DNA of 64,000 nt, taken from positions 17,298,001 to 17,362,000 of the forward strand of contig NC_043004.1 of NCBI RefSeq assembly GCF_006345805.1, given 5' to 3'. A program made the position numbers and the translations under genes. Of this stretch, positions 12,845 to 24,420 are shown one piece after another. Each line of letters begins with the position of its first letter. Position 1 is the first letter of the stretch. Origin of the DNA: Octopus sinensis (lineage: Eukaryota). Below the pieces are notes generated by a model that had not been told where the DNA came from, searched no databases, and was given only the letters and a program-made list of their open reading frames with translations.

Positions 12845-13140
12845 TTCTCGAGCCACGCCTGGCTCATAAGCGCCGGTTTCTCGGTTTCCTTGGTGCATAG
12901 GTTCCCCACCTGGACGGGACGCCGGTCCGTCGCAGGTGAGCTGCAAGAAGCAGGAGGAAAGCGTGAGAGAAAGTTGTAGCGAAAGAGTCAGCAGAAGTTC
13001 GCCATTACCTTCTGCCGGAGCTGCGTGGAGAGCTTAGGTGTTTTCGCACATAAACACACACATCGCCCAGTCTGAGATTCGAACCCGCGATCCCTCGACC
13101 GCAAGTCCGCTGCTCTAACCACTAGGCCACGTGCCTCCAC
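12845..13140 (-). mobile_element. SINE S3 copy
   Basis: Minus-strand head gtggaggcacgtggcctagtggttagagcagcggac...gggttcgaatctc, as at 25121. Confidence 0.85.
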
Positions 13141-13159
13141 ACACACAAAGACACACACA

Positions 13160-13190
<31 letters not shown>

Positions 13191-13214
13191 TCACACACAC
13201 ACACACACACACAC

Positions 13215-13510
13215 ATTGTTATATTTCGCCCCATCTTCCTCCACGGCCTACCCTGCCCCTCCCACGCCGTGTGTTTAAACCAGCACTTTGTCTAGACTTC
13301 TTCCTCTCCACACCCTACGCCGAATCCGGCTCTTCACCTTGACTCCCCTCAGAGGCTACGTTTAATCCGGCACTTAGGGGAAACTGCCCATCCCCTCCAC
13401 AGCCTACGTGTAATCCGGCACTTTGGCTACAATGACGACCCCTCCACGACCAGTACTTCACTTACGCTAGACTGACCCCACCACAGCTTTCGTTTAATCC
13501 AGCTGACTAT
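13215..13510 (+). repeat. Degenerate minisatellite, 40-45 bp units with core cgtttaatccggcac
   Basis: Units near 13270, 13360, 13410 and 13490; reverse-complement copy at 22885-23250. Confidence 0.7.
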
Positions 13511-13580
13511 GGACAAACTGTCTGTGTCCTATTAGTATTTGCGATGGGAAATCATCGTTCACATGTCTAGCCTTACGTGA

Positions 13581-13625
13581 TACACACAGACTCGGGTTAC
13601 TAGGTAATAACCTGCGTCCAGTGTA
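13581..13625 (-). ncRNA. Degenerate hammerhead motif, family B
   Basis: uaca-CUGGACG-CAGGU-uauu-ACCU-AGUA-ACCCGAGU-C-ugugugua. Confidence 0.5.
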
Positions 13626-13834
13626 TGACAATCAGCCGCTAACGTTGAGAATTCATTGCAAACGAAAGTATTATCTGCTTTTTCCAGTGACAAACTGTCG
13701 CTGGTCTCGAAAAAGGAGCAACAAGCAAAAATAAATCTCTGAGCGAGACGTAAACAGTAGCAGCACGGAATCGTGCTGGAAAAAATATATTATTTTCGTT
13801 TGGAATGGGTTTTCATCGTTAGAGGGTGATTGTC

Positions 13835-13878
13835 ACACGCTGAGGACGACTTACTACCAAGAAACCCAGGTCTAGAGA
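13835..13878 (+). ncRNA. Hammerhead motif, family B (core CUGAGGA...GAAA intact, stems decayed)
   Basis: acacg-CTGAGGA(13840-13846)-cgacttactaccaa-GAA-ACCCAGGT-C. Confidence 0.6.
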
Positions 13879-14172
13879 TGGGAACGATGCTTTCCCTTCG
13901 CAAATATTAATCGAACACAGACAGTGTGTCGTTAGCCAGTTGGAGGAGATGTCTTCCTGCGGCTATAAACAACTATAGCATCGTCCTCTGTGGATCCGCT
14001 ACATTTAGGTGGAAAGTATACTTCACGATTCCGTACTGCTACTGTTTACGTCTCGCTCTGAGATTTACTATTGCTTGTTTCTCCTTTTTCGAGATCAGCG
14101 AAAATTTGTCACTGGGAAAAGCAGATAGTATTTTGTGTTTGGAATATATTCTCATCGTTCGCTGGTTGTAGT

Positions 14173-14216
14173 TACACGCTGGAGACGGGTTACTACCCTA
14201 AACCCGGGTCTGTGTG
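14173..14216 (+). ncRNA. Hammerhead motif, family B (stems intact, core mutated)
   Basis: tacacg-CTGGAGA-C-GGGT/tact/ACCC-TAA-ACCCGGGT(palindrome)-C-tgtgtg. Confidence 0.6.
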
Positions 14217-14364
14217 CATCACGTAAGGCTAGAGAGGGGTGCGATGATTTCCCATCGCAAATACTAATCGGACATAGCTAGCCAGCTGGAGATGTCTTAT
14301 TGGGGCTCTAAACATCAGTAGCATCGTCCCCTATGGTTCCGCCACATCTAGGTGACAATTATAT

Positions 14365-15350
14365 ATAAAGTCGAGGATGGGGATGAAAAGGGGAACTTTC
14401 TGGAAAAGTCGAAGTAAGATGAGTTGACGTAGAGGGAGGTGAGGAAACTTTCTGGAAAAGTCGATGAAGGGGTGGAAGGACTCCCTGGAAAATCTGAGGA
14501 GGGGTAAATAGGGGAACTTCCTGGAAAAGACTAAGAAAGTGGGGCTGAGGGGAGAAAGGACTTCCTTAAAAACTCGAGGAGGGGGCACTTCATGGAAAAC
14601 TCCATGGAGGGGGAAGGGAGGAAGGAGTTCCTGCGAAAGTCCGAAGACGGGAGGAAGGGGAGGAGAGACTTCTTGGGAAAATCCGAGGCGGGCGCACATC
14701 CTGGAAAATTCCAAGGATGGGGAGAGAAGACTCCCAGCAAAGGTCCGAGGGGCACTTCCTGGTAAATTCCAAGGAGGTGAGGAAAGACTTATTGGGAAAG
14801 TCCGAGGAGGGGCAATTCCTGGAAAAGTTCAAGGAGGGGGCACTTGCTGGAATATTCCAAGGAGGGAGAGGAAGGGGAGAAAGCCCGAGGATGGGAGCAC
14901 TTACTAGAAAATTCCAAGGAGGGGAGGTAAGACTTCCTGGGGAAGTCCGAGGAAGGGGAACTTCCTGGAAACTTCCAAAGAGAGAGGAGGGGAGGAAATG
15001 AAGGAAGGACTTCCTGGGAAAGTCCGAGGAGAGGGAAACTTCCTGGAAAATTCCAGGAATTCCTTCCTCCCCTTCATCTCCTCCTCCGAATTTTCCAGGA
15101 AGTTCCCCTCCTCGACTTTCCTAGTAAGTTTTACTGCCCCTCCTTGGAATTTTTCAGGAAGTTCCCCCTCTCGAACTATTCCAGGAAGTACCCCCTCCTC
15201 GGACTTTCCCAGGACGTCTTTCCTCCTCTCCTTGGAACATTCCAGAAAGTGCCCCCTTCTCGGACATTTCCAAAAGTCCTTCCTACCCTTCCTACCCTTC
15301 TTGAAATTTTCCACGAAGTGCCTTCTCCTCAGACTTTTCTCCTTAAAGGG
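14365..15350. repeat. Purine-rich minisatellite that switches strand near 15058 to form a foldback
   Basis: Units like ggggaacttcctggaaaagtccgagga on + up to about 15055, then the reverse complement to about 15350. Confidence 0.9.
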
Positions 15351-16289
15351 GATATTGAATACTGAACCAACAAGGGGAAGTTGCTAGTCTCCCATGTTCG
15401 AAGGTTGTAATTAACACAGGTTTGTCTGTCACAAGCTAGAGACTATGGCCTCTTGGAGCTAATCAACGGCAGCATTCGTCCTATTTTCCTGAACTGCCAT
15501 ATTAGCTTGGCGATAACTATTAATATTTATTTATTTGATTTGTACATTATTCATTATCATTTTTCTGTTTCAATGACCATCCGTGCATTTCACCTTTGTT
15601 ATTAATATTTCGCCAGAACATGTCTTAAAAGTTACTTCTCTGAACGGTGATAGATTATCACCAAACTCTGAACCATAACGAAAAGTAAAGGCCATTTATT
15701 ATAAATAAATGTGTGTGTGCGCGTGTGCGTGCGTGTACGTGTGTGCGTGCGTGTGCGTGTGTGCGTGCGTGTGCGTGTGTATGCGCGAGTGCAAGTGTGT
15801 ATTCGAGATAAATTTTAATAAAGTAGCAAAGGGGGAAAGCACTCAATACAGGATGAAAGTATGTATAATAATTCTGACTCTGACCACTTGTACTCTCGCG
15901 AATGTTGTTGTTATCATTATGTATACGAGGTTAATATTTGATCATAAGAAAGTGTGTAGAAACCTTTTTTGTGGGTGTGTATCCGAGGCCGTAATATCAT
16001 TCGACTTGTGAATAATTGTCATTATTATTATTAACCTCTGTTTACTACAGTGGATGAGAAGCCCTGTTGATAACTGGAAAATAAATACTAGTTTTTCGCT
16101 AATTTTCAAAGTGGAGTGAATCTTGTTTTCGAGCAAGTTAAAATGAAGGTTGGCACGTAAATCGGTGCGAGAAATGTTAAGGTACACGATAGAATTTTGT
16201 GATTAATATTCATAGCCCTAACTCGTGATTAAAGCATCAACGGTTTCGATTGTTTTGTCTTTCATTTGAAGATTTTAAAACATGGGGAT

Positions 16290-17110
16290 ATTACATTAGC
16301 TTCACTGAGAATGATTCCACGTGAAATAGCCAATGAAATAACTTTTAAAGCACGTTAGTCAGATATTTTCAAATTTGTTACTGATGTTTCAGGTTTGTGT
16401 CTTGTATATCGGGAATTCTTTCTTATTCTCGGTAACAAATGACTCAAGTTAATTCAAATTACCGACCTCTTTGGGCTGTGCGTTATCGTTGGAAGAAATT
16501 GGCAGGAGGATCTCATCCTCGTTCGCTTTGAGAGCCAGACCGACTTTGTCTACAACATTCTCAATACATGCTAATGCTTCTTGTGCATGATACAGTTGGT
16601 GGGCTGAGACGGCAACACCATCAATGTAATCATGGTCAAACAATTAAAACGTTAAGCAATAAAGTGTTCCAAAATCAACATGACTGGCCTTCATCTGGGG
16701 CATTGTTCTCTATGTAGCCGAAATCTGAACTATGAAGCAGGAACTTCAAGATTGTTATGGAGGTAGGCACACCAGGCTTCTCATTAGGGCTTAGAATATT
16801 TCATAGCATGAGCACAAGACCAAAAAAGAGATGTATGGACGCATTTTTATTCATCTCTACTTTGGATGCCCAACGCAGAGTAGGCCTTGTTGACCACCGC
16901 TATCATGCTTAACAATAGGCAATACAGATGTTACATTCTGGAAACTTCTGCATCGTAATCTGGAACGAAAGCCACTCAACTACATTAATGTTATTGGTAA
17001 AGACACGCAATATAGAACGGGGCAAAGAAAATTCCTGGTGCGGCGTAGTGAATCACATCTTGAAGTTAGAACAAATGGCTTTCGAAGAATTAGCAAAAGA
17101 AAACAGTAAC
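16290..17110. mobile_element. Decayed RTE/RTEX-type LINE with the RT segment (16290-16645) inverted relative to the C-terminal segment (16695-17110)
   Basis: Minus strand: DYIDGVAV..AQEAL..IE...VGL (YADD region), then EV..LESFV..K...T*NISNKFENI*. Plus strand: IVLYVAEI*TM...HTRLLIRA*NIS*HEHKT..EMYG...RRVGL. Confidence 0.75.
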
Positions 17111-17284
17111 TATGTGCGATTTAGATAACTTATGAAAATATTGAATGATGGTATTTGATGGCATAAAAGAAGCGCGGGAATATTAAACGTGCCCCAATTT
17201 CAGTGGTGAATAGTCAGGGAAAATGGCTTTTAGTGAATTAAAGTTTATGAGAGCCTCAACTTCGCATATAGGATCCAGGGTGAA

Positions 17285-17592
17285 GGCGCATAGCTTAATA
17301 ATTCGGGTATTCGGCTCACCATCGTACAGTCATGAGTTCGATTCCCAGCGACGCATTGTGTTCTTGAACAAAACACTTTATTTCACGTTGCTCCAGTCCA
17401 CTCAGCTGGCAAAAATGAGTTGTACCTGTATCTCAAAAGGCCAACCTTGTCGCATTTATTGAACCTCCCTGAGATCTATGTTAAGGGTTATTCGTGTCTG
17501 TGGAATTCTCAGCCGCTTGCATGTTAATTTCACGAGCAGATTGTTCCGTTGACCAGATTAACCGGAACCCTTGACTTAGTAACCGACGTGTC
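17285..17592 (+). mobile_element. SINE S4, near full length
   Basis: tRNA-like head with gagttcgattcc, central gtgttcttgaacaaaacactttatttcacgttgctccagtccactcagctggc, and a tail shared with S3. Confidence 0.85.
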
Positions 17593-18039
17593 AGTTTATT
17601 GAACCCAGGATATTTTTTTTTTGAGATATTTTTTGGAAAAAAAACTCGTCTTATATACCATCAAATAGTATAATTTGCAGAACTATTTTCATTCACTTCA
17701 AACATAGTAACATAATAACATAGTAACATATTGATCGATTTTTCTCGACCTTCAGGTTCTTATGTAGTTTATATTTACCGAATAACGTGTTTTATTCTAG
17801 TGATGTAAAGCAATATGGTTTTATTTTTAACTGGTTTAGCTAGAACGTTCTCTGGAATCTAGAAGCTGACAGTTATATATCTATCTCATCAGTACTTAAG
17901 GCTGTAGTAAATAAAGATTTTCCAGGCTGTGTTATATGTGGTCGATATACACTGCATGTTTATCAGGTCTCCGTTGCTACGTCTTTCTTTCGAGGTTTCA
18001 AATCATATGATTTAAAACATTCATAAAGAAAAATGGTTT

Positions 18040-18277
18040 ATATTTTACTTGTTTCAGCCATTGGACTGCGGCCATGCTGGGGCACCGCCTTGAATGATTT
18101 TAGCCAAATAAATCAGACTCAGTACTTGTGGGTTTTTGTTTAGTCTGGTACGTATTCTAACGGCTTCTTTGCCGGAACCGCTAAATTACGAGGACGTAGA
18201 TAGACCAACAATGGTTGTCAACCGGTGAAAAGTAACAATCACAGATACAAAGATACTGTGCCTATAGACACAACACA

Positions 18278-18332
<55 letters not shown>

Positions 18333-18335
18333 TAC

Positions 18336-18422
<87 letters not shown>
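18040..18422 (-). mobile_element. SINE S1 3' half with expanded internal (CA)n(TA)n
   Basis: ttttacttgtttcagccattggactgcggccatgctggggcaccgcc. Confidence 0.8.
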
Positions 18423-18425
<3 letters not shown>

Positions 18426-18526
18426 TAGTACCTCGGTTTTCGAACAACTATGATGACAAATAAATCGTACTTTATTTCCTGTCTTTCTCATATTCATTTA
18501 ATACAGTAATACCTCGGTTTACGAAC
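18423..18526 (+). mobile_element. Two direct copies of a pogo/Tigger-like terminal repeat
   Basis: ta-cagtagtacctcggttttcgaac (18423) and ta-cagtaatacctcggtttacgaac (18504). Confidence 0.5.
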
Positions 18527-18795
18527 GCAGCACAGAAGTAAGTCTAAGACATTTCAATTTGAGAGAGAATTTCATAAAAAATTATATAAAGAAAATATTA
18601 CCGGTTTCAAAGTATCTCATCTTATCATATATCAGTAAAATTTATAAAAATCTGAAGTAAAAAAGTTTATATCTGTCTGGGAGTCAAGAACAATTTCTTA
18701 AATTGAAATGTGTTGCACTTACTTCTGTGTTATTACCACCTTCATCTTTTATATATAAAAATTTGATTTGTATAGATCTCTAATCTTTTTTCAAC

Positions 18796-18838
<43 letters not shown>

Positions 18839-19279
18839 GCAGGTAGGGAGGGAGGGACGGAGAGAAAGAGAGAGAGTTTCCACACAGTTTCTGTCAACAA
18901 AATTCACTCGACCTGGGGCTATAGTACAAGACATTTGCCCAATGTGGTGTGTAATGGAACTGAACCCAAGACCATCATGTGGTCGCAAAGAGAGCTTCTT
19001 AGCTCCGCAGCCATATCTTATTAAGCAATTTCTACAAAAAAAAATAATGATTCGGTTTTCTCAAAGCATATCATTCTCCTTTATATTTAATTCCTTTGAT
19101 CTCTCTGAAATGAATAATTTTACCAATATATGAATAATTTAATATTATAAAAACCAAAAATATTATGTAATACAAATGAGACAATATATTTGATAGAGTT
19201 CCCGAAAAGCTTATGAGTTTTATGTCCCCTATTAATTCAACACAAATGCATGTTAATATTTTTGTTGGTTTAAGGTGGA

Positions 19280-19680
19280 AAGCTTCCAGAATCGTTAGCA
19301 CGCCGGGCAAAATGCGTTGCCGTATTTCGTCTGCCGTTACGTTCTGAGTTCAAATTCCGCCGAGGTCGACTTTGCCTTTCATCCGTTCAGGGTTGATTAA
19401 ATAAGTACCAGTTACGCACTGAGGTCGATATAATCGACTTAATCCGTTTATCTGTCCTTGTTTGTCCCCTCTGTGTTTAGCCCCTTGTGGGTAGTAAAGA
19501 AATAGGTATTTCGTCCGTCTTTACATTCTGAGTTCAAGTGCCGCCAAGGTTGACTTTGCCTTTCATCCCTCCGAGGTTGATAAAATAAATACCAGTTGAG
19601 CACTAGGGTTGATATACTCCTCACCCAAAATTTCGACTTACCCCTCACCCAAAATTTCTGGCCTTGTGCCACAGAATTTG
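19280..19680 (+). mobile_element. SINE S2 with two internal units
   Basis: Same head and unit as 5347-6048. Confidence 0.9.
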
Positions 19681-19965
19681 AAACCAATATTTTTCTTGTT
19701 TTACGAAGTTGAGATAAATATAAGACTCAAGAACGGGGTGAGAAAAGTCGTTGATGGCTTAAGCTTAGCCTACATCAACTCTCATCAGGTAGACATATGA
19801 AGGAAGCCATTCTTTTCATGTGTATCTAGGATCACATAGTCTAATGTACCTTCCCTTATTTAATACACTTGAGTGACTGAAGAAAATTTTCTCTTCTGTT
19901 TCTAACAAAGAAACCGGCCACCTAAAGAACGTCCATGTTTTTCTTTCGTCTAATCTACTTCTTAC

Positions 19966-20077
19966 CTTTCTGCATAGATCGCTACGTCTAAAGGATGATA
20001 TCCCTGAAATTTGCGGCAAAAGTAGTCCATAGGAGAGTCCATATGAAAAAACGCCTTCATTCTCCGCTACACTCCTT
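19966..20077 (-). CDS. Candidate 112-nt internal exon, product unknown
   Basis: Acceptor ttcttaatttgtag|, donor AAG|gtaaga, and a single open frame RSVAENEGVFSYGLSYGLLLPQISGISSFRRSDLCRK. No homology recognised. Confidence 0.3.
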
Positions 20078-20239
20078 CTACAAATTAAGAATTCTGTGGG
20101 TGCTCTTTACTTTAAAATGTTTACTAGTACGAGCATTCAAACAAAACACAGAAACACACCCGTAATTTATAAACTGAACTAACTGCCAAGAATGCGTTAT
20201 TTATGCAATTTGGTGTACATGGTTTACTTAGGCCCTTAG

Positions 20240-20630
20240 TAATATTGGCTTTGTAAGTAGTGCTGCTATGCAGTTGCTGATGAAGTCCCACTACACAGTA
20301 CCTTGGGCACATGTCTTCTACTACAGCCTCGGGTCGACATGTGCCCTTGGGAGTGAATTTGGTAGACGGAAATTGTGTGGAAGCTCGTGTATTTGTCTGT
20401 ATGTTTGTGTGGCTTTGTGTCTGTGTCTGTACTCCGCCACCGCTTGACAACTGGTGTTGCTTTGTTTACACCCCGTAACTTAGCGGTTCAACGAGATACC
20501 GACAGAATAAATATCAGTCTTCAGAAAAGTACTGGGGTCGATTTGTTCGACTAAACCCTTCAAGGCGGTGCTCCGGCATGGCCGCAGTCCTATGAATGAA
20601 ACAAGTAAAAAAAAAACAGATAAAAGAAAA
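20240..20630 (+). mobile_element. SINE S1 copy
   Basis: accttgggcacatgtcttctactacagcctcggg...ggtgctccggcatggccgcagtc...gaaacaagtaaaa. Confidence 0.85.
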
Positions 20631-21070
20631 TCACTTTGCATGATTCATTGTTGGAACAATGAGAGCGGAGAAGCTTTTGTTGTCAATGATTTCGTCTTGC
20701 AATACAAATTTTCCTAAATCATTCTTGCACATGATGATTCTTTCCTGGCCAAACTCCATGACTGTATCGCAAGAAAGCTTTATCATCAAGTTATTATTAA
20801 CTGTCTTTCAGCTCGTGGATATTTTGGGACGTAATCGACAAGAAAGGAAATTTGTGCTTCTGTTAGAGTTCCTTTTAGTCGCTGACATTAGATTATAAAA
20901 AACTGCCTAAAAGAAAATGAACTGGTTTTGGTGTTAATAAAGACAGAAGCAAACGAAAAAAAATTCCCTTCTTTAAATTTCCCTCTGAATACCCTATAAC
21001 ATACAAATCAAACTATTTTTTCCTTCCTGTTTGATGAGGGTTAATTAGAACTTTCTTTATAGAATTATAG

Positions 21071-21122
21071 CTTATTAAAAATGGTGCAGATGTTTTCTAC
21101 AAGTGCAGTGATTCCAGAAGCT
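21071..21122 (+). CDS. Candidate 52-nt exon with an ankyrin-like GADV motif
   Basis: aattatag|CTT ATT AAA AAT GGT GCA GAT GTT...AGC T|gtgagt gives LIKNGADVFYKCSDSRS. Confidence 0.3.
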
Positions 21123-22394
21123 GTGAGTGGGAAATTTAATCAACGATATTTTTTATTATTTTTTTTGTTTGTTTTTTTCTATTCAAATGATACAGCTATG
21201 AGGTTCCTATGGTGTTTGTATGTTGTATACGTATGTATGTGTGTATATGTGTATTTGTGTGCGTGTCTTTCATTTTCACATCAGAGACAACACAGCTCTA
21301 TTAATTAAAGTAATTAGATTGTTCAACTCATTCCCAGACTCCCTTCTTTACCCTGGGCTGCTTTGACAGTAATTAACTGGCTATCCTCACATCGGCCTTG
21401 GAGAAATGGCTTTTTTTATGCATTCTCTGTAATTTCGTTTTTTCAGAAATATCTTTATAACAAAATATCGACCGACAGAAATCTGCCTAGTGAAATGTTT
21501 TGTTCTTGACTACAAGAATTTTCCGAACTCTGGTTGTATATCCACTTCTAACCGTATTCCCATCCTTAATTAACTTTATTAAACAAAACAGATTTCTCTC
21601 TTCTGCAGAAAACGCAATTTACAAATATTCAACTACGAGCTCACCTTCCAGTTGCTTTTTCGAGTGCTTTAGTGCAAGGTGTCTTCTGACTTAGTATAAG
21701 CTGTTAGTGTTTAGCGCTGGGGCAAACTTGATTCAGCAGAACTTTTGAGATGTCGGATAAATTCGTTGTGCTGCTTTGCTTTTAGGGTTTATTTTTTCTT
21801 CTCGGTTCTCCATCGTTATATGCATGAAAAGAGGTAAAATTTATTCAAACTTCAAAATCGATAAACAAATGTTGTAAAAGAATAGGGCTACAAAAAATAC
21901 ATAGGCACAACAATAAAAACATTTTTTTGTGTGCTAATTCATAAAACACTCGAAAGGATTAAAATAGAAAAACGAACGAATTTATTTGACAACTCAATAT
22001 AATGAAACATATCTCACTTTTGACAATGCACCATATTTTCTCTAGTCATAGTCTACCTAAAGTTACACTATTTAATTGACCATCACGTTTCAATATCCAA
22101 AGAAGTGACTTGATGGAGAGGCGATGACGGTTCCTAGTAATCTGGTCAACTTTGCCACCAAGGACAACTTTGCCTTTCATCCTTTCGGGGTCGATAAATG
22201 AAGTACCAGTTACGCACTAGGGTCGATGTAATCGACTTAGTACCTATGTCTGTCCTTGTTTGTCCCCTCTATGTTTAGCCCCTTGAGGGCAATACAGAAA
22301 TAGGTTCCTAGTAATCTGTTCATCGGTGGAGCATCGGTTGTCAAGCGATGGTGGTGGACAAACACACATACATATATACACACACAGGCACACA

Positions 22395-22465
<71 letters not shown>

Positions 22466-22663
22466 GTGTCACTCCTATGCCTGGTTGATCGGTTTTTGAA
22501 CATAGCTGTATCAGGGAGAACTAGCCGCTGTTCAGATGCAGTTTCTGCTACAACCATTACATTATGGCTAAATCACTTACTGAAGGTACACGTTTTATTG
22601 TAATTATATATATACACACATAGATACAGGGTGAGCACGAATTCACGCATTATGGGAGATATC

Positions 22664-22700
22664 AATCTGAGGGTCGCAGGTTCGGGTCCCTCTGCAGGCG
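22664..22700 (+). pseudogene. 3' half of a tRNA-Lys(UUU)-like sequence
   Basis: aatctgagggtcgcaggttcgggtccctctgcaggcg resembles the metazoan tRNA-Lys 3' half aatctgagggtccagggttcaagtccctgttcgggcg; no 5' half is present. Confidence 0.5.
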
Positions 22701-22714
22701 CAAAATATTCTTTA

Positions 22715-22880
22715 AGCGTAGGAGTGGCTGTGTGGTAAGTATCTTGCTTACGAACCGCATGGTTTAGGGTTCTGTCCCACAGCGTGGCACCTTGGGCAAG
22801 TGTCTTCTACTATAGCCTCGGGCCGACCAAAACCTTGTGAGTGGATTTGGTAGACAGAAACTGAAAGAAGCCCGTCGTGT
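22715..22880 (+). mobile_element. SINE S1 5' half
   Basis: gcgtaggagtggctgtgtggtaag...gcgtggcaccttgggcaagtgtcttctactatagcctcgggccgacc. Confidence 0.9.
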
Positions 22881-22884
22881 ATTG

Positions 22885-23250
22885 TACGAGAACAGTACAA
22901 AAAATCGGGTTTAAGGGCAGCACCAGCGGAAACGGGGCAGGGGATTAAGCGTTGATCGTGGAGGGGGACCGTGGAGTGGGACCTAGGCTAAATCGTGGAG
23001 GAGGACCTAGGCTAGACGGCCTCCTCTAGCTAGGTGTCTGATTAAACGTAATTTCTCGGGGGAGGGCAGCCTAGCCTAAATGCCGGATTAAAAGTAGGCC
23101 GTGGGATGGTGCAGTCTAGCCTAAATGCTGGATTGGACGTGGGCGGTGGGGAGTGGGGGTGACAGTCAAGCGTATTGCCGGATTAAACGTAAGCTGTGGA
23201 GGAAGGGCTGTCTAGCCTACTTGCCGGATTAAAGTAGGCACGATAAAGAA
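22885..23250 (-). repeat. Second copy of the GGATTA-core minisatellite element
   Basis: Repeated ctagcctaaatgccggattaaa units, reverse complement of 13215-13510. Confidence 0.7.
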
Positions 23251-23289
23251 GAATGGAGAATTATACATCTTCAGAGTTTATTAATTACA

Positions 23290-23625
23290 GTCGTAGCACT
23301 CTGTTGGTTACGACGACGAGGGTTCCAGTTGATCCTATCAACGGAACAGCCTGCTCGTGAAATGAACGTGCAAGTGACTGATCAGCCCACAGACATGTGC
23401 ACCCTTAACGTAGTTCTCGAGGAGATTTAGCGTGACACAGAGTGTGACCCTTTGAAATACAGGTACAACAGAAACAAGAAGAACAAGTGAGAAAAAGCTG
23501 TGGTGAAAGGGTACAATAAGGTTCGCCCCAACCCGCCGGAGCTTTAGGTGTTTTCGTGGAGCTTTTGATGTTTTCGCTCAATAAACACTCACAAAGCCCG
23601 GTCTGGGAATCGAAACCGCGATCCA
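23290..23625 (-). mobile_element. SINE S3 copy
   Basis: Reverse complement of 25121-25509 over most of its length. Confidence 0.85.
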
Positions 23626-23974
23626 CTGCCCTTCAAATTCCTATCCGACACGTGTTTCTAATGGATAAGTGTCCTAGTGTCCTTTGACGTAGCATTTATA
23701 TGCCTTTAGTTGAAACAAATTTAAATCAGTCGCAGTTAATATTTATCCAAAGAAGATATTCCTATGCAGCTTTGTTCAAGGTTTTAGCCATGCGGCTGGC
23801 TGTAGTGAACTCAGGGTTTAGCTAATGAGTGAAGTACCGTTTTAAGTGTTATTAATCTTGAACAATTTTGTATTTTCACTATAACATGATTGGGTTAGCC
23901 AGATCTGGATTATATCAGAGTGCTAATAAGATACCTGCCCGGATTCCCAATACACACAATCACACAAACACACA

Positions 23975-24172
23975 TGTATGTATGTATGTATGTATGTATG
24001 TATGTATGTATGTATGTATGTATGTATGTATGTATGTATGTATGTATGTATGTATGTGTGTGTGCGTGTATGTGTGTGTGTGAAAAATAGAGAAGAGTGA
24101 CAGAGTTTAATAGATTCATAGGAAAGATATATAGACATATATATATATATACATATATATAATTATATATAT

Positions 24173-24236
<64 letters not shown>

Positions 24237-24241
24237 CATAT

Positions 24242-24315
<74 letters not shown>

Positions 24316-24420
24316 ATATATATATATTATATATAATATATATATATATATATACATGCTTGCATACATACATATATACATACCTGTTTATGTACATACA
24401 CACATACATACATATGTACT
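23975..24420. repeat. (TATG)n, (TA)n and (CATA)n microsatellites
   Basis: Directly visible. Confidence 0.95.

Larger units (their letters stand above)
13520..14355. repeat. One inverted plus two tandem pseudo-LTR-like units (Penelope-type arrangement)
   Basis: 13520-13780 is the reverse complement of 14025-14280; 13790-14020 is a diverged direct copy of 14130-14355. Each unit holds a hammerhead motif. Confidence 0.8.

Noticed and set aside
14331-15387. Several 70-136 aa ORFs on both strands
   Set aside because: They arise from the stop-poor purine/pyrimidine minisatellite and contain no domain motifs.
19748-19792. CTGATGA followed by a hairpin on the minus strand
   Set aside because: No GAAA after the stem and no stem I or III, so it is not a hammerhead.
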